A stretch of 62,302 nucleotides of DNA, the filler included, from Candidatus Woesearchaeota archaeon (GTDB lineage Archaea; Nanobdellota; Nanobdellia; Woesearchaeales; WJIZ01): assembly GCA_018221205.1 (NCBI GenBank). It is 9 parts of 9 records of this genome, joined end to end, with 100 filler letters (N's around TTAATTAATTAA, not from the genome) between each part and the next. Parts side by side here need not be neighbours in the genome. Positions count along the whole stretch, not along the records: positions 20,537 to 28,561 come from JAAOYF010000040.1; positions 28,662 to 45,795 come from JAAOYF010000006.1; 7 more parts are not named here. One strand, written 5' to 3'. The notes under the pieces were generated by a model, which did no database searches, was not told the origin of the DNA, and saw nothing but the letters and a program-made list of their open reading frames with translations. Shown piece after piece: positions 21,038 through 30,731 of the stretch. How positions within the stretch are numbered: the stretch's first letter is position 1; every line of letters starts with the position of its first letter. Position numbers and translations under genes: made by a program.

Positions 21038-22381
21038 TCACATCCCAGGCATCTTGCCCTTGAATTTCTTCATCAATTTATTTACATCTCCAGAGCCTTT
21101 CATCATCTTCACCATCTTCTTGCTCTGTCTATACTGTTTGATCAGTTCGCGGATATCTTTGGTGCTCAATCCAGCTCCTTTAGAGATCCTGTCGATCCGG
21201 GCAGCATCGATCTGTTCTGGCTCTTCCAGTTCTTCTTTGGTCATGCTCTGCATCGCAATCTTCCATTTCTCTAACTTCCCTTCTTGAGTCTGCAGCATCT
21301 CTTTCGGCAGTTTAAGCTGACCAAAACCAGGGATCATCTCAACTACTTTAGTCAAAGGGCCCATCTTCTTCATCGCAGACATCTGTTCATACAGATCTAA
21401 CAGATTAAATTTTCCTTTCAGGAATTTCTTGCCTAAATCTTCAGCATCTTCAACAGAGATAGCTTCTTTTGCCTTTTCAAGCAAAGCTTCCAGATCGCCC
21501 ATGCCTAAAAGCCGACCGACAAAGTTTTTTGGCTTGAATTCTTCAAGATCATCTATCTTCTCTCCCACTCCGATGAACTTGATAGGAGAATGGGTAACGG
21601 CACAGGCACTTAATGCACCGCCAGCTTTTGCAGTGCCGTCCATCTTAGTAGCGATAACTCCGGTGATTTGGCACGAATCATGGAACTGCTGAGCTTGTTT
21701 CTGGGCTGCCTGTCCGATATCAGCAGAAATAACAAGTAATCGCTCCTGCGGCTTACTATGCTTGCCTAATGATTCTATCTCTTCAATAAGATCCTTAGAC
21801 AAAGCATCTCGTCCTGCAGTGTCCATGATCACAACATCATATTTCTTGATATCTTCTTTGAAACTATCATAGATCTTGACAACATCCTTCAGATCATTAT
21901 TCACCAATGCAGGAACATTAACTTGCTTGGCTATCTGCTCTAATTGAGTGATGGCAGCCGGCCTATGGATATCCAATCCCATCATACATACTTTCAGACC
22001 GCGTTTCATGAAGAATTTTGCCAATTTTCCAGCAGTTGTTGTCTTTCCAGAGCCAAAAAGGCCGACGAGCATGATCTTGAAAGGCTTTTCCTTGACTTCT
22101 ATCTTATATCCTTCACCACCCAAGAACACAACCAACTCTTCATAGACAATATTGATCAGATGTTCTTTCTTAGTCAGGCCAGCTGGCGTATCCTCCTTAA
22201 GGATCCGCTCCTTTATCTTCTTGGTGAACTCAAACACAAGCTGCACATTCACATCTGCCTGTAAAAGGGCCCTTTGGATATCTTTCACTAGCTCATTGAT
22301 CAGTTTTTCATCTACCAGGACAGCATTAGCTATCTTGTTCAGGGTATTCTTCAATGAGTTGCCTAATTTCTCTAGGACCAT
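21038..22381 (-). CDS. srp54: Signal recognition particle protein SRP54
   Basis: GLFGSGKTTT, DTAGR, TKMDGTAKAGG; Met-rich M domain. Confidence 0.97.
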   Translation of the reverse strand: MVLEKLGNSLKNTLNKIANAVLVDEKLINELVKDIQRALLQADVNVQLVFEFTKKIKERILKEDTPAGLTKKEHLINIVYEELVVFLGGEGYKIEVKEKPFKIMLVGLFGSGKTTTAGKLAKFFMKRGLKVCMMGLDIHRPAAITQLEQIAKQVNVPALVNNDLKDVVKIYDSFKEDIKKYDVVIMDTAGRDALSKDLIEEIESLGKHSKPQERLLVISADIGQAAQKQAQQFHDSCQITGVIATKMDGTAKAGGALSACAVTHSPIKFIGVGEKIDDLEEFKPKNFVGRLLGMGDLEALLEKAKEAISVEDAEDLGKKFLKGKFNLLDLYEQMSAMKKMGPLTKVVEMIPGFGQLKLPKEMLQTQEGKLEKWKIAMQSMTKEELEEPEQIDAARIDRISKGAGLSTKDIRELIKQYRQSKKMVKMMKGSGDVNKLMKKFKGKMPGM

Positions 22382-22568
22382 TGCACTGATAGAATAGTAT
22401 ATTATTTATAAAGGTTGAGGAATTATTCTTTCAGTAGCTTTTCCCGTCTATTTTTCGAGAATTCGTCCCAAATTGATAGTAGTTCACTACCCAAAAGATT
22501 TAAATATAAGTGAGTATCTTTGAATGACAACTAATGATAATAATAACAACACATTCGAGGGGTGCAAA

Positions 22569-23627
22569 ATGAAAAACGTATTACTTACTATTATAGTATC
22601 TGCTATTGTTCTATTCGCTGGTTGCCAAGCTCAGGAAGGTCAGCCGACTGATGTCTCTTTCGTTCCGATTGACGAGATCAGTGTCGAAGATTTCGAGATA
22701 GAGGACATAGAGGTAGAAGACTTAGAGATGGAAGACCTTGAGGAAGAAGAGTTCATGGAAGAGCTCGAAGAAGAGGCCATGGAAGACCTTGAGGAAGAAG
22801 AGTTCATGGAAGAGCTCGAAGAAGAAGTCATGGAATTTCCTGGCGAGATTGTTATCATTGTCGAAGAGACAGAATTAGTGAACCTGCAGCCAGTTGCTGT
22901 CGACCCGGATCAAGACACCTTGATCTTTACCTACAGCAATCCATTGAATGATAATGGATTGTGGCAGACGACCTATGGGGATGCAGGAGAATATACCATA
23001 ACCATAACTGCATCTGACGGCGAATTGACTTCCTCCAAAGACGCACTATTGCTCGTCAATAAGAGGGAAGAAGCACCAACAATCGGTTTCCAGGCTCCGG
23101 AAGGGATGGAACAGTCTATGTTGGAAAGTACTGATCTTGAATTTGAAGTGACAGCTTCTGATCTGAACAGCGATCCTTTGGATTTTGAATGGAAATTTGA
23201 TGGTGTCGTTGTCTCTGATACAGATTCCTTTGCCTATACTGCAGATTTCAACAGCGCAGGATCACATACAGTGAAGCTTGAAGTGACAGATGGAACTTCA
23301 GTTGTTACTTTGCTCTGGTCGGTGACAGTAGTGAATGTCGACAGGCCGCCAGCATTGAAGCTGATTCCAGACATAACCATCAAAGAGACCGATACAGTTG
23401 TCATCACACCTGAAGCATCTGATCCAGATGGCGATGAGATAGTCTTTGCAATCTCAGACCCTATCGGAGATTCAGGAGTATGGGAGACGACCTATGATGA
23501 TGCAGGAATATATACTGTAGAGATAACTGCTTCTGATGGCGAGATGGAAGACAGCCAAGAAGTGAAAGTGACGGTTATCAATGTGAACAGGGCTCCTGTT
23601 ATCGAAGATATCGTTCAGATTGGTTAG
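22569..23627 (+). CDS. Putative lipoprotein with acidic linker and Ig/PKD/cadherin-like repeats
   Basis: LFAGC lipobox; D.D.D calcium-type motifs; WQTTYGDAGEY, WETTYDDAGIY and VNRAP motifs. Confidence 0.75.
   Translation: MKNVLLTIIVSAIVLFAGCQAQEGQPTDVSFVPIDEISVEDFEIEDIEVEDLEMEDLEEEEFMEELEEEAMEDLEEEEFMEELEEEVMEFPGEIVIIVEETELVNLQPVAVDPDQDTLIFTYSNPLNDNGLWQTTYGDAGEYTITITASDGELTSSKDALLLVNKREEAPTIGFQAPEGMEQSMLESTDLEFEVTASDLNSDPLDFEWKFDGVVVSDTDSFAYTADFNSAGSHTVKLEVTDGTSVVTLLWSVTVVNVDRPPALKLIPDITIKETDTVVITPEASDPDGDEIVFAISDPIGDSGVWETTYDDAGIYTVEITASDGEMEDSQEVKVTVINVNRAPVIEDIVQIG
22728..22829 (+). repeat. 51-bp in-frame tandem duplication (MEDLEEEEFMEELEEEA/V)
   Basis: Two near-identical units starting at 22728 and 22779. 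Confidence 0.9.
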
Positions 23628-23649
23628 ATAGTGCTTGAGGGGGTACACT

Positions 23650-25578
23650 ATGAAGAATCTTTTATTTATTTCTCTATTGATTATAGTGGCATCTCTAGTC
23701 TCCTCAGAGACAGTGTTAGAGTTCACTGAAGGAGATCTTATCGATCTCAGGCCTGTCGCTAGAGATGATGATAATGATACCCTATCTTATTTCTTCGAGC
23801 CTCCACTGACGAATAAAGGCCAGTGGCAGACGACCTATGGAGATCAGGGAACGTATGATACGAAGGTTACAGTAAGTGATGGCAAATTGCTTGCTTCTGA
23901 GGGGATCACCCTCATTGTCAACAAAAAGGAGGAGTCTCCTGAATTAGAGATAGTATCACCACAGAAAGAAACGCTCTATATCGTTGAAGGGAAAAGTATC
24001 TTCTTCAATGTCCGCGCAACTGATTTGAATAAGGACCCATTGACCATCACCTGGCTTGTCGACTTAGAAGAAGTGGCTGAAGGGACTTCTTTCACCTATA
24101 CAGCGAGCTATTACAGCGAGGGAAGACGGATCATCACCGCAAGAGTGAGCGATGGTGTCAATGTCGTGGAGAATGACTGGCTTTTGGAAGTTGACGATTT
24201 CGACCGGACACAATTATTGGACACCTTCGCACCAGTGCTGATCAACGAGACCCACACCATCATGTTTGATATTCCTGATTTTGATGATTATCTTCTGTTC
24301 TATAATATCTCAGGGCCAGTAGGAGATGACGGCATCTGGGAGACAACATATGATGATGCAGGCGTCTATGATATGTTCATCACCATCTGGGATGGCAAAG
24401 ACTTTCAGGCTGAGAAAAAGATCAAACTAGGCATAGAGGATGTAGACAGGCATGCCATTCCTTCAGAGATAACGAATTATTGGCTTGCCGAGGATCAGGT
24501 GTTAGAGATTCCTCTTGATTATATGGATCCAGACGGCGATGAAGTGACAGTCGACGTTGAAAATTTACCAGAAGGTGCAGTCTTTGAGAATGGGACAATA
24601 AAGTGGCAGCCCAATTTTGATGTCGTGACAAAAAAGACTTTTTTTGATTCAGTCGCCAGCCAATATCACGTCCTAAGCAGGCAGTTTACTTTTGAGGCAA
24701 GAGCCTCATCCCAAGAACTGGTCCTTATTCAGCCTTTCACTGTGAGAGTATTCAACACCAATAGGCAGCCCATTTTAGAAGAGATTCCGGAAGTGATAGT
24801 GAACGAGGGAGAGAGGATCAATTTCAATCTTGCAGCAGCAGATCCTGATGAGGATGATGTATCATTCAGTTTTGATGGGATCATCAACAGGAATAACTAT
24901 AAGACAAAGATCGGCCAGGCCGGAACCTATATCGTGCCAGTAACCGTCTCTGACGGCTTCTTGACCCATACCCAGTTCACGAAAGTAGTTATCAATCCAG
25001 TGAATATGCAGCCTTCTTTGGAGAGGATTGCTCCAATCAGGACAAAAGAAGGAAGTCCGATAAAGATCTCCCTGAAGGCAAAAGACCCTGACGATGACGA
25101 GTTAACATACTCAGTGGAACCATTCCCGGAAGGTGCATATTTCAAGGGAACCGATTTCTATTGGACTCCAGACTTTGATACAGTCCAGGAGACATCCACA
25201 CTAACATTCCTATTTACTGTCTCTGATGAGAACATGTCTGCTTCAAAAGAAGCTCGCGTTACCGTGTCAAATGTCAATAGGCCTCCAAAGCTTATTGCTT
25301 CCACACAGATCGATGGCAGGACATTCTATCTTGATGAACAGATTGATTTCGAAGTGAGCGTAGAAGATCCTGATGGTGATGACCTTTCTTACATATGGAA
25401 GACTTCCTTATTCGAGAGCTTCGAAGATGATGCAGACATAACCATGGAATTCATCAAGACAGGCAAGAAGACCATTTCCGTAACAGCTTCAGATGGCTCT
25501 GAATCAATATCAAAAGAATGGACTGTCTTCATAGAAAAAAGACCTTCATCTGCATTGAAGTTTGCTTCAGTGCGGTAA
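23650..25578 (+). CDS. Secreted Ig-like/cadherin-like repeat surface protein
   Basis: Signal peptide; repeated DPDGD/DPDDD, NRQP/NRPP, LPEGA.F...W.P.F and WQTTYGD motifs. Confidence 0.78.
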   Translation: MKNLLFISLLIIVASLVSSETVLEFTEGDLIDLRPVARDDDNDTLSYFFEPPLTNKGQWQTTYGDQGTYDTKVTVSDGKLLASEGITLIVNKKEESPELEIVSPQKETLYIVEGKSIFFNVRATDLNKDPLTITWLVDLEEVAEGTSFTYTASYYSEGRRIITARVSDGVNVVENDWLLEVDDFDRTQLLDTFAPVLINETHTIMFDIPDFDDYLLFYNISGPVGDDGIWETTYDDAGVYDMFITIWDGKDFQAEKKIKLGIEDVDRHAIPSEITNYWLAEDQVLEIPLDYMDPDGDEVTVDVENLPEGAVFENGTIKWQPNFDVVTKKTFFDSVASQYHVLSRQFTFEARASSQELVLIQPFTVRVFNTNRQPILEEIPEVIVNEGERINFNLAAADPDEDDVSFSFDGIINRNNYKTKIGQAGTYIVPVTVSDGFLTHTQFTKVVINPVNMQPSLERIAPIRTKEGSPIKISLKAKDPDDDELTYSVEPFPEGAYFKGTDFYWTPDFDTVQETSTLTFLFTVSDENMSASKEARVTVSNVNRPPKLIASTQIDGRTFYLDEQIDFEVSVEDPDGDDLSYIWKTSLFESFEDDADITMEFIKTGKKTISVTASDGSESISKEWTVFIEKRPSSALKFASVR

Positions 25579-25610
25579 GCTTATAAATTTCTCTTTATTC
25601 TATTTTTTGC

Positions 25611-27158
25611 ATGAAGATAGCTGAAAAGTATTCAGATTCCACCATCAATGTTGCCTTAGACACCATTGAGAAAGGAAAGCAGGCTATCATCTTTGTCAAC
25701 ACCAAGAATTCTGCTGAAAAGACTGCCGAAGAGCTCTCTAAGAAAGTGAAAGATAAGGAGTTTATCCAATTGGCAGAATCAGCATTGAAATCATTATCCA
25801 AACCCACAAGACAATGTGAGAGATTAGCACGATGCCTCAAGAAAGGCATTGCTTTCCATCATGCCGGCCTGACATCTAAACAGAAGGAATTGATCGAGGA
25901 CAATTTCCGGGAAAAGACCATAAGGATCATCGCTGCCACTCCAACATTGGCTGCAGGATTAGAATTGCCTGCATTCAGGGTTATCCTGAAGGATCTCAGA
26001 AGATTCGGGCCCAGAGGATTGCAATATATTCCGGTTTTAGAATATATGCAGATGTCAGGCAGAGCCGGAAGGCCGACATACGATGATAAAGGAGAGGCAG
26101 TCATCATTGCAAGCTCAGAATCGCAGAAAGAGGAGCTGACTGAACGATATATCAACGGCGAACCCGAACCCATTTTCTCTAAATTGGCTGTCGAACCAGT
26201 ATTGAGGACATATCTATTATCATTGATCGCAGCCGATTTCGTTACCACAAAAAAAGACATCTTCGCCTTCTTTGCAAAGACATTCTGGGCGCATCAGTTC
26301 AAAGATACTCATAAATTAGAGGCGATTATAGAAAGAACCCTGGATCTATTAGAAGAATGGGAGTTCATCAGAAGTTCTTCAAAGCAGGAAGATTTTACAG
26401 CAGCGTCTGAATTGATGGATGGCAGGTATAAAGCGACTATTTTAGGAAAAAGGGTGGCTGAACTCTATGTAGATCCCTATACTGCGCATTTCTTAGTTGA
26501 AATGCTGCAGAAAGCAGCCTCAAGAAAGATTTCAGATTTTTCTATCCTTCAGGTTATCTCCTCAACCTTAGAGATCCGACCTCAATTAAGGGCAAGAGTA
26601 AAAGACCATGATGAGTTGCAAGGTATATTATTAGAGTTCAATGATGATCTGCTGATAAAAGAGCCTTCCATCTACGAGCCAGAGTATGAAGACTTTTTGA
26701 ATGGAATAAAGACAGCTTTTTTCTTCCATGAGTGGATTGAAGAGAAGAATGAAGAATATCTGTTAGAGACATTCAATGTCCGTCCTGGTGAAGTCCGTGT
26801 AAAATTAGACATCGCAGACTGGTTGATCTATTGCATGGAGGAAATAACAAGGATTTTACAATTCAAATCACTGATGCCTATGCTGAAAAAAGCAAGAGTC
26901 CGTGTTAAAAACGGAGTGAAAGAAGAGTTATTGCCTTTATTGAAATTCAGGAATATCGGAAGAGTGCGGGCAAGAAAGCTCTTCAAGAACAACATCAAAG
27001 ATGTCAAAGGAGTGAAAGAAGCTGATCTGATGAAGCTTAGCCAGATTCTCGGCAAGAATATCGCTATTGATATCAAGAAGCAAGTAGGCCAGGAGTTCAA
27101 GGGAGTGAAAGAGAATAAAAGAAAAGGCCAGATCTCTCTAAAAGATTACCATGAATAA
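25611..27158 (+). CDS. hel308: Hel308/Ski2-like helicase lacking the N-terminal RecA1 domain
   Basis: Motifs IV-VI (IFVNTK, FHHAGL, ATPTLAAG, QMSGRAGRP), winged helix, ratchet, IGRVRARKLF HhH; no Walker A or DExH. Confidence 0.85.
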   Translation: MKIAEKYSDSTINVALDTIEKGKQAIIFVNTKNSAEKTAEELSKKVKDKEFIQLAESALKSLSKPTRQCERLARCLKKGIAFHHAGLTSKQKELIEDNFREKTIRIIAATPTLAAGLELPAFRVILKDLRRFGPRGLQYIPVLEYMQMSGRAGRPTYDDKGEAVIIASSESQKEELTERYINGEPEPIFSKLAVEPVLRTYLLSLIAADFVTTKKDIFAFFAKTFWAHQFKDTHKLEAIIERTLDLLEEWEFIRSSSKQEDFTAASELMDGRYKATILGKRVAELYVDPYTAHFLVEMLQKAASRKISDFSILQVISSTLEIRPQLRARVKDHDELQGILLEFNDDLLIKEPSIYEPEYEDFLNGIKTAFFFHEWIEEKNEEYLLETFNVRPGEVRVKLDIADWLIYCMEEITRILQFKSLMPMLKKARVRVKNGVKEELLPLLKFRNIGRVRARKLFKNNIKDVKGVKEADLMKLSQILGKNIAIDIKKQVGQEFKGVKENKRKGQISLKDYHE

Positions 27159-27615
27159 GCTTCTCATTGCAGTGATGTATAAAGATTCCCCACAAAAAGC
27201 GTTAGACATTCTCAAAAAAGAATACGGAAATGTTTTAACGCAAACAAAAGAATATGATTTTACGTTTACTGATTATTATGAAAAGGAATTTGGAAAAAAT
27301 CTCAAGAAAACAATATTCATCTTCGAAAAAAAGATTGAAAAAAAAGATTTAGTTGAGATCAGAGAACGAACAGGAGAGATAGAACAACAGCTTTCTCTCG
27401 ACGGTAAAAGAACAGTCAACATCGATCCAGGTTATATTTCTAAGAAAGAACTCGTTTTGGCAACAAAAAAATCTCAAAGTTATAAGAAAGAGCTAGGAAA
27501 AGGCGTTTTTGCGCATAAAGTATTAGGATTTAATGGAGAAGTAAAGACATTTCATCATACATTCAAGGATTATAAACTATTATCTACGTTCTTCCTCTCC
27601 TGGTATCCCTCTTAA
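27151..27615 (+). CDS. DUF4416-like protein
   Basis: FTFTDYYEKEFG and RTVNIDPGYIS..LVLAT motifs. Confidence 0.75.
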   Translation: MNKLLIAVMYKDSPQKALDILKKEYGNVLTQTKEYDFTFTDYYEKEFGKNLKKTIFIFEKKIEKKDLVEIRERTGEIEQQLSLDGKRTVNIDPGYISKKELVLATKKSQSYKKELGKGVFAHKVLGFNGEVKTFHHTFKDYKLLSTFFLSWYPS

Positions 27616-28402
27616 CGTACTCCGCACTCAAAAGAGGGTCGAAAATATGTATGTTCAATAAACCTAAAGAAGTTGAAACAGGATTCCTTTTTGCATGATA
27701 CATAGCCTCATCAGCATGTTTCATAAGTTGAGGTAAATCAGCAGCATCGACTGCTAGCCGAGACATCCCTATGCTGACACACACATCTGCCTCTTTTCCT
27801 GGATGTTCAAGTTGTATTCTTTTCTGGATATAGGAATTGATAGTATCAGCCGTATACATCAGCACATCAAAAGCAGCTTCATAAGGTAAAGGTTCATATA
27901 AGATCACAAACTCATCTCCACTTAACCGGACGAGTGTGTCACCTACTCGAGTACTCTCCCTCATGCCCTCAGCGACATATCTAAGCACATCATCTCCAAA
28001 TGAATGGCCATGTTTGTCGTTTGCTTCTTCTTTGAATCTATTGACATCAATGACAGTCATACCGACATAAAAAGAGTCATCATCTGCTTTTTCAGATGCA
28101 GCCTGATAGTATTCAAACTCTCTTGAGAGGGCTCCTCGATTTTGGAGTCCGGTAAGTTCATCAATAGAACAGAGCCTTTCACTCTCATCAACCGCTCCCT
28201 CAGCCTTTTCCTTCAAGTAAGTTACAATATCATCAGAGACATTCCTTCCCTTTGCAATATCCACAAGTGCTTCAAGGGCAAAACGCTGGTAATCATGAGG
28301 GTTTAATCCTTCTGTTATGCTATCTAGGGTTTCATAATCGGCACCACTAAGGGATTGCCAGCTCTCTAAAGCCCGACTCAATAGTCTCATCTCTTCTTTC
28401 AT
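27584..28402 (-). CDS. GGDEF-domain diguanylate cyclase (SGDEF variant)
   Basis: DELTGLQNR, IDVNRFK..NDKHGHSFGD, RVGD (RxxD I-site) + TLVRL + SGDEF, VSIG, ADEAMYHAK. Confidence 0.92.
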   Translation of the reverse strand: MKEEMRLLSRALESWQSLSGADYETLDSITEGLNPHDYQRFALEALVDIAKGRNVSDDIVTYLKEKAEGAVDESERLCSIDELTGLQNRGALSREFEYYQAASEKADDDSFYVGMTVIDVNRFKEEANDKHGHSFGDDVLRYVAEGMRESTRVGDTLVRLSGDEFVILYEPLPYEAAFDVLMYTADTINSYIQKRIQLEHPGKEADVCVSIGMSRLAVDAADLPQLMKHADEAMYHAKRNPVSTSLGLLNIHIFDPLLSAEYVKRDTRRGRT

Positions 28403-28478
28403 AGGGAAAATGAAAAAACACCTCTATATAAATCTTTCTATTTGTAATCACTATCAAGTGATAAAATAATAGAAATCC

Positions 28479-28561
28479 CTGAGCCAATAACTATAAATAA
28501 CTGATTTGAATCCGTTAGACCATGCCCCTGTAGTATAATGGATCAGAACGGGAGCTTGCGG
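28479..28561 (+). repeat. 83-bp contig-end overlap with 55268-55350, includes the 5' half of tRNA-Arg(GCG)
   Basis: Identical sequence at the end of one contig and the start of another. Confidence 0.9.
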
Positions 28562-28661
28562 NNNNNNNNNNNNNNNNNNNNNNNNNNNNNNNNNNNNNNN
28601 NNNNNTTAATTAATTAANNNNNNNNNNNNNNNNNNNNNNNNNNNNNNNNNNNNNNNNNNNN

Positions 28662-28843
28662 TTCCTGATGAGCCAGTCCAATCCTGGAATGGTGACTTTA
28701 TGGCTGAGATAGAACATAAATGCCATCACAGAGATGAATATGGCTAGAGAATAGACATTTGCGATATCATAGCGGATGAGGACAATAAGTACAAGACCCA
28801 TGAAGAAATGGAAAAACTTCCTTCTGACTTCGACTGCTTTCAT
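28662..28843 (-). CDS. Dolichol/phytol kinase (SEC59/DGK1/VTE5)-like membrane protein, N-terminal fragment
   Basis: EVRRKFFHF motif followed by TM helices; cut by contig end. Confidence 0.6.
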
Positions 28844-29694
28844 TTTATTAGCTTATCCGCTCCGAATACAACACCGAATCCCAAGGCAAAAAAGATGACC
28901 ATAAGGATGTCCCATTGGGCCAATGCAATGATGTTTCGCAATGGGATGCCCAATGCACCGATAACTAACCCTAACAGAACATATAAGGTTTTTGATTTAT
29001 CCTTAGAGAAAAAATAGGAGATGATGCGTGAAATCGTGAATGCACCTAATGCAGCACCGAGGGCAAAACTCAGAAAATAAGGGACGTTGTTAGGGATATC
29101 TTTCAACACACCCAGCATGAATTCATACGCACCTAGTATCAAGAGGATGAATGCTCCTGATATACCTGGCAGAAACATCGCACTGATGGCCAAAAAGCCG
29201 CTGATGAAGATATAAAATAGGCTCGGCTCAACAGTGGCAGGGATCAATACTGCCAGCAAAAGACCAAAAAGCAATCCCATGATACCAAAAGAGATTGTTG
29301 CCGGCTTGTGATTCTCAATATGATCAAAGATGATCTTAGAAGAGGCAAGGATCAATCCGATGAAGAAAGAGATAGTGAACACATAATAATCTTCGAGTAA
29401 GATTGAGATGAGGTGTGCACCCAAGAATAAAGAAGTGCCGATGCCTGCCAACAGCGTAACCAGGAATACCAGATCAAGTCTCTTAACACTCTGCTTCAAT
29501 GCACTGGATGATTTCTTATCTCTTTTTCCAAGATAAGAAAATATATCTTTGACAAGCTGAGGAGAGAAACTTTTGACAGCAGCAATGAGCCGTTCATAGA
29601 TTCCGGTGATGAATGCGATCGTCCCGCCAGATATGCCAGGAATTAAGTCGCACACACCCATCAGCATTCCTTTCAGAAATAATAATATGCTCAT
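28840..29694 (-). CDS. DUF368 membrane protein (polyprenyl-phosphate transporter family)
   Basis: KGMLMGVCDLIPGISGGTIAFITGIYE and second copy AMFLPGISGAFILLILG. Confidence 0.9.
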   Translation of the reverse strand: MSILLFLKGMLMGVCDLIPGISGGTIAFITGIYERLIAAVKSFSPQLVKDIFSYLGKRDKKSSSALKQSVKRLDLVFLVTLLAGIGTSLFLGAHLISILLEDYYVFTISFFIGLILASSKIIFDHIENHKPATISFGIMGLLFGLLLAVLIPATVEPSLFYIFISGFLAISAMFLPGISGAFILLILGAYEFMLGVLKDIPNNVPYFLSFALGAALGAFTISRIISYFFSKDKSKTLYVLLGLVIGALGIPLRNIIALAQWDILMVIFFALGFGVVFGADKLIK

Positions 29695-30731
29695 TTCTCG
29701 ATAAGCCCCTTGAGCTCTACGCCTTCTTTCTTTACACCAGGCCATACCATCGTACCCGGCTGCAACAGGACATTCTGCAGATCAGCACCATCTCCTATGA
29801 CTGCTCCGAAGTTGATCACTTCAACAGTCTTTCCTTTCATCTTCATCTCGACTTTATCTCTTGTCTTGATCGTACCGACGAAATTGACATTATCTCCGAT
29901 GATAGAATCCTCCACAACAGCATCCCGGTGGATATGGACATTATCTCCGATGATGGAGTTCTTGACAAAACCTTCTATCTTGCAGTTATTGCCGATAGAG
30001 CAGTCGAATACCTTTCCAATAATCTCCGAGTTCTCGCCTACTTTGACATCTTCATCTCTCACAATCTGATCTGCTTCAAGTAGGCTCCAAGGATAGACGA
30101 TAGGAAGCCATACCTGGGCCTCAACAGAGAAGATATCCTCTTTCAATGCCAAAAATCTGAACGCCTCTGTCAGCTCAACCTCTCCTCTTTCAGAGGTAGA
30201 GCATTTCTTGATGCTCTCAAAGATCTTCTCGTTGAATACATAGAAAGCAGTATTGGCGATGTCTGAGATGAATTTCTCAGGCTTTTCGATGATATCCAAT
30301 ACCTTATCCTCTTTCTGGATGAAGACGCCGAAATCACCATAATTCTCCACTCTCTTGACCAGAACAGACAAAGGATAACGAAGACATTTTCTCATATCTC
30401 CCCTAAAATAAAGATCATCACCCATCAGCACTATGAACCGTTCTCCTTTCACATGGGGCTCAGCCTGCAATAAGGCATGTCCCGTGCCCAGTTGTTCTTT
30501 CTGATCGATATAGGTGAGTTTGATGCTTTCGTAGTTCTCTCCAAGGTGCTGCTTGATTTTGTCAGCATGGAATCCTACGATGATGACGGCTTCATCGATG
30601 ATATCTACCAACTGCTCTAGATTATGCTCAAGAAGGGTCTTGTTGCCTACTTTCAACATAGGCTTGGGCTTATGAATAGTTAATGGATACGTCCTCGTGC
30701 TCTTTCCAGCTGCCAAGATGACTGCTTTCAT
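29691..30731 (-). CDS. GlmU-like sugar-1-phosphate nucleotidyltransferase with hexapeptide repeats
   Basis: ILAAGKSTRTYPLT..KPKP, QLGTGHA, SERGEVELT; C-terminal left-handed beta-helix repeats. Confidence 0.88.
   Translation of the reverse strand: MKAVILAAGKSTRTYPLTIHKPKPMLKVGNKTLLEHNLEQLVDIIDEAVIIVGFHADKIKQHLGENYESIKLTYIDQKEQLGTGHALLQAEPHVKGERFIVLMGDDLYFRGDMRKCLRYPLSVLVKRVENYGDFGVFIQKEDKVLDIIEKPEKFISDIANTAFYVFNEKIFESIKKCSTSERGEVELTEAFRFLALKEDIFSVEAQVWLPIVYPWSLLEADQIVRDEDVKVGENSEIIGKVFDCSIGNNCKIEGFVKNSIIGDNVHIHRDAVVEDSIIGDNVNFVGTIKTRDKVEMKMKGKTVEVINFGAVIGDGADLQNVLLQPGTMVWPGVKKEGVELKGLIEK

Noticed and set aside
22728..22829. CRISPR-like direct repeats
   Set aside because: In-frame coding tandem duplication without spacers; no cas genes or arrays seen anywhere in the window.
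28524..28561. Split or half tRNA-Arg gene
   Set aside because: Ends at a contig end and is part of an 83-bp overlap with the full gene at 55313-55385.
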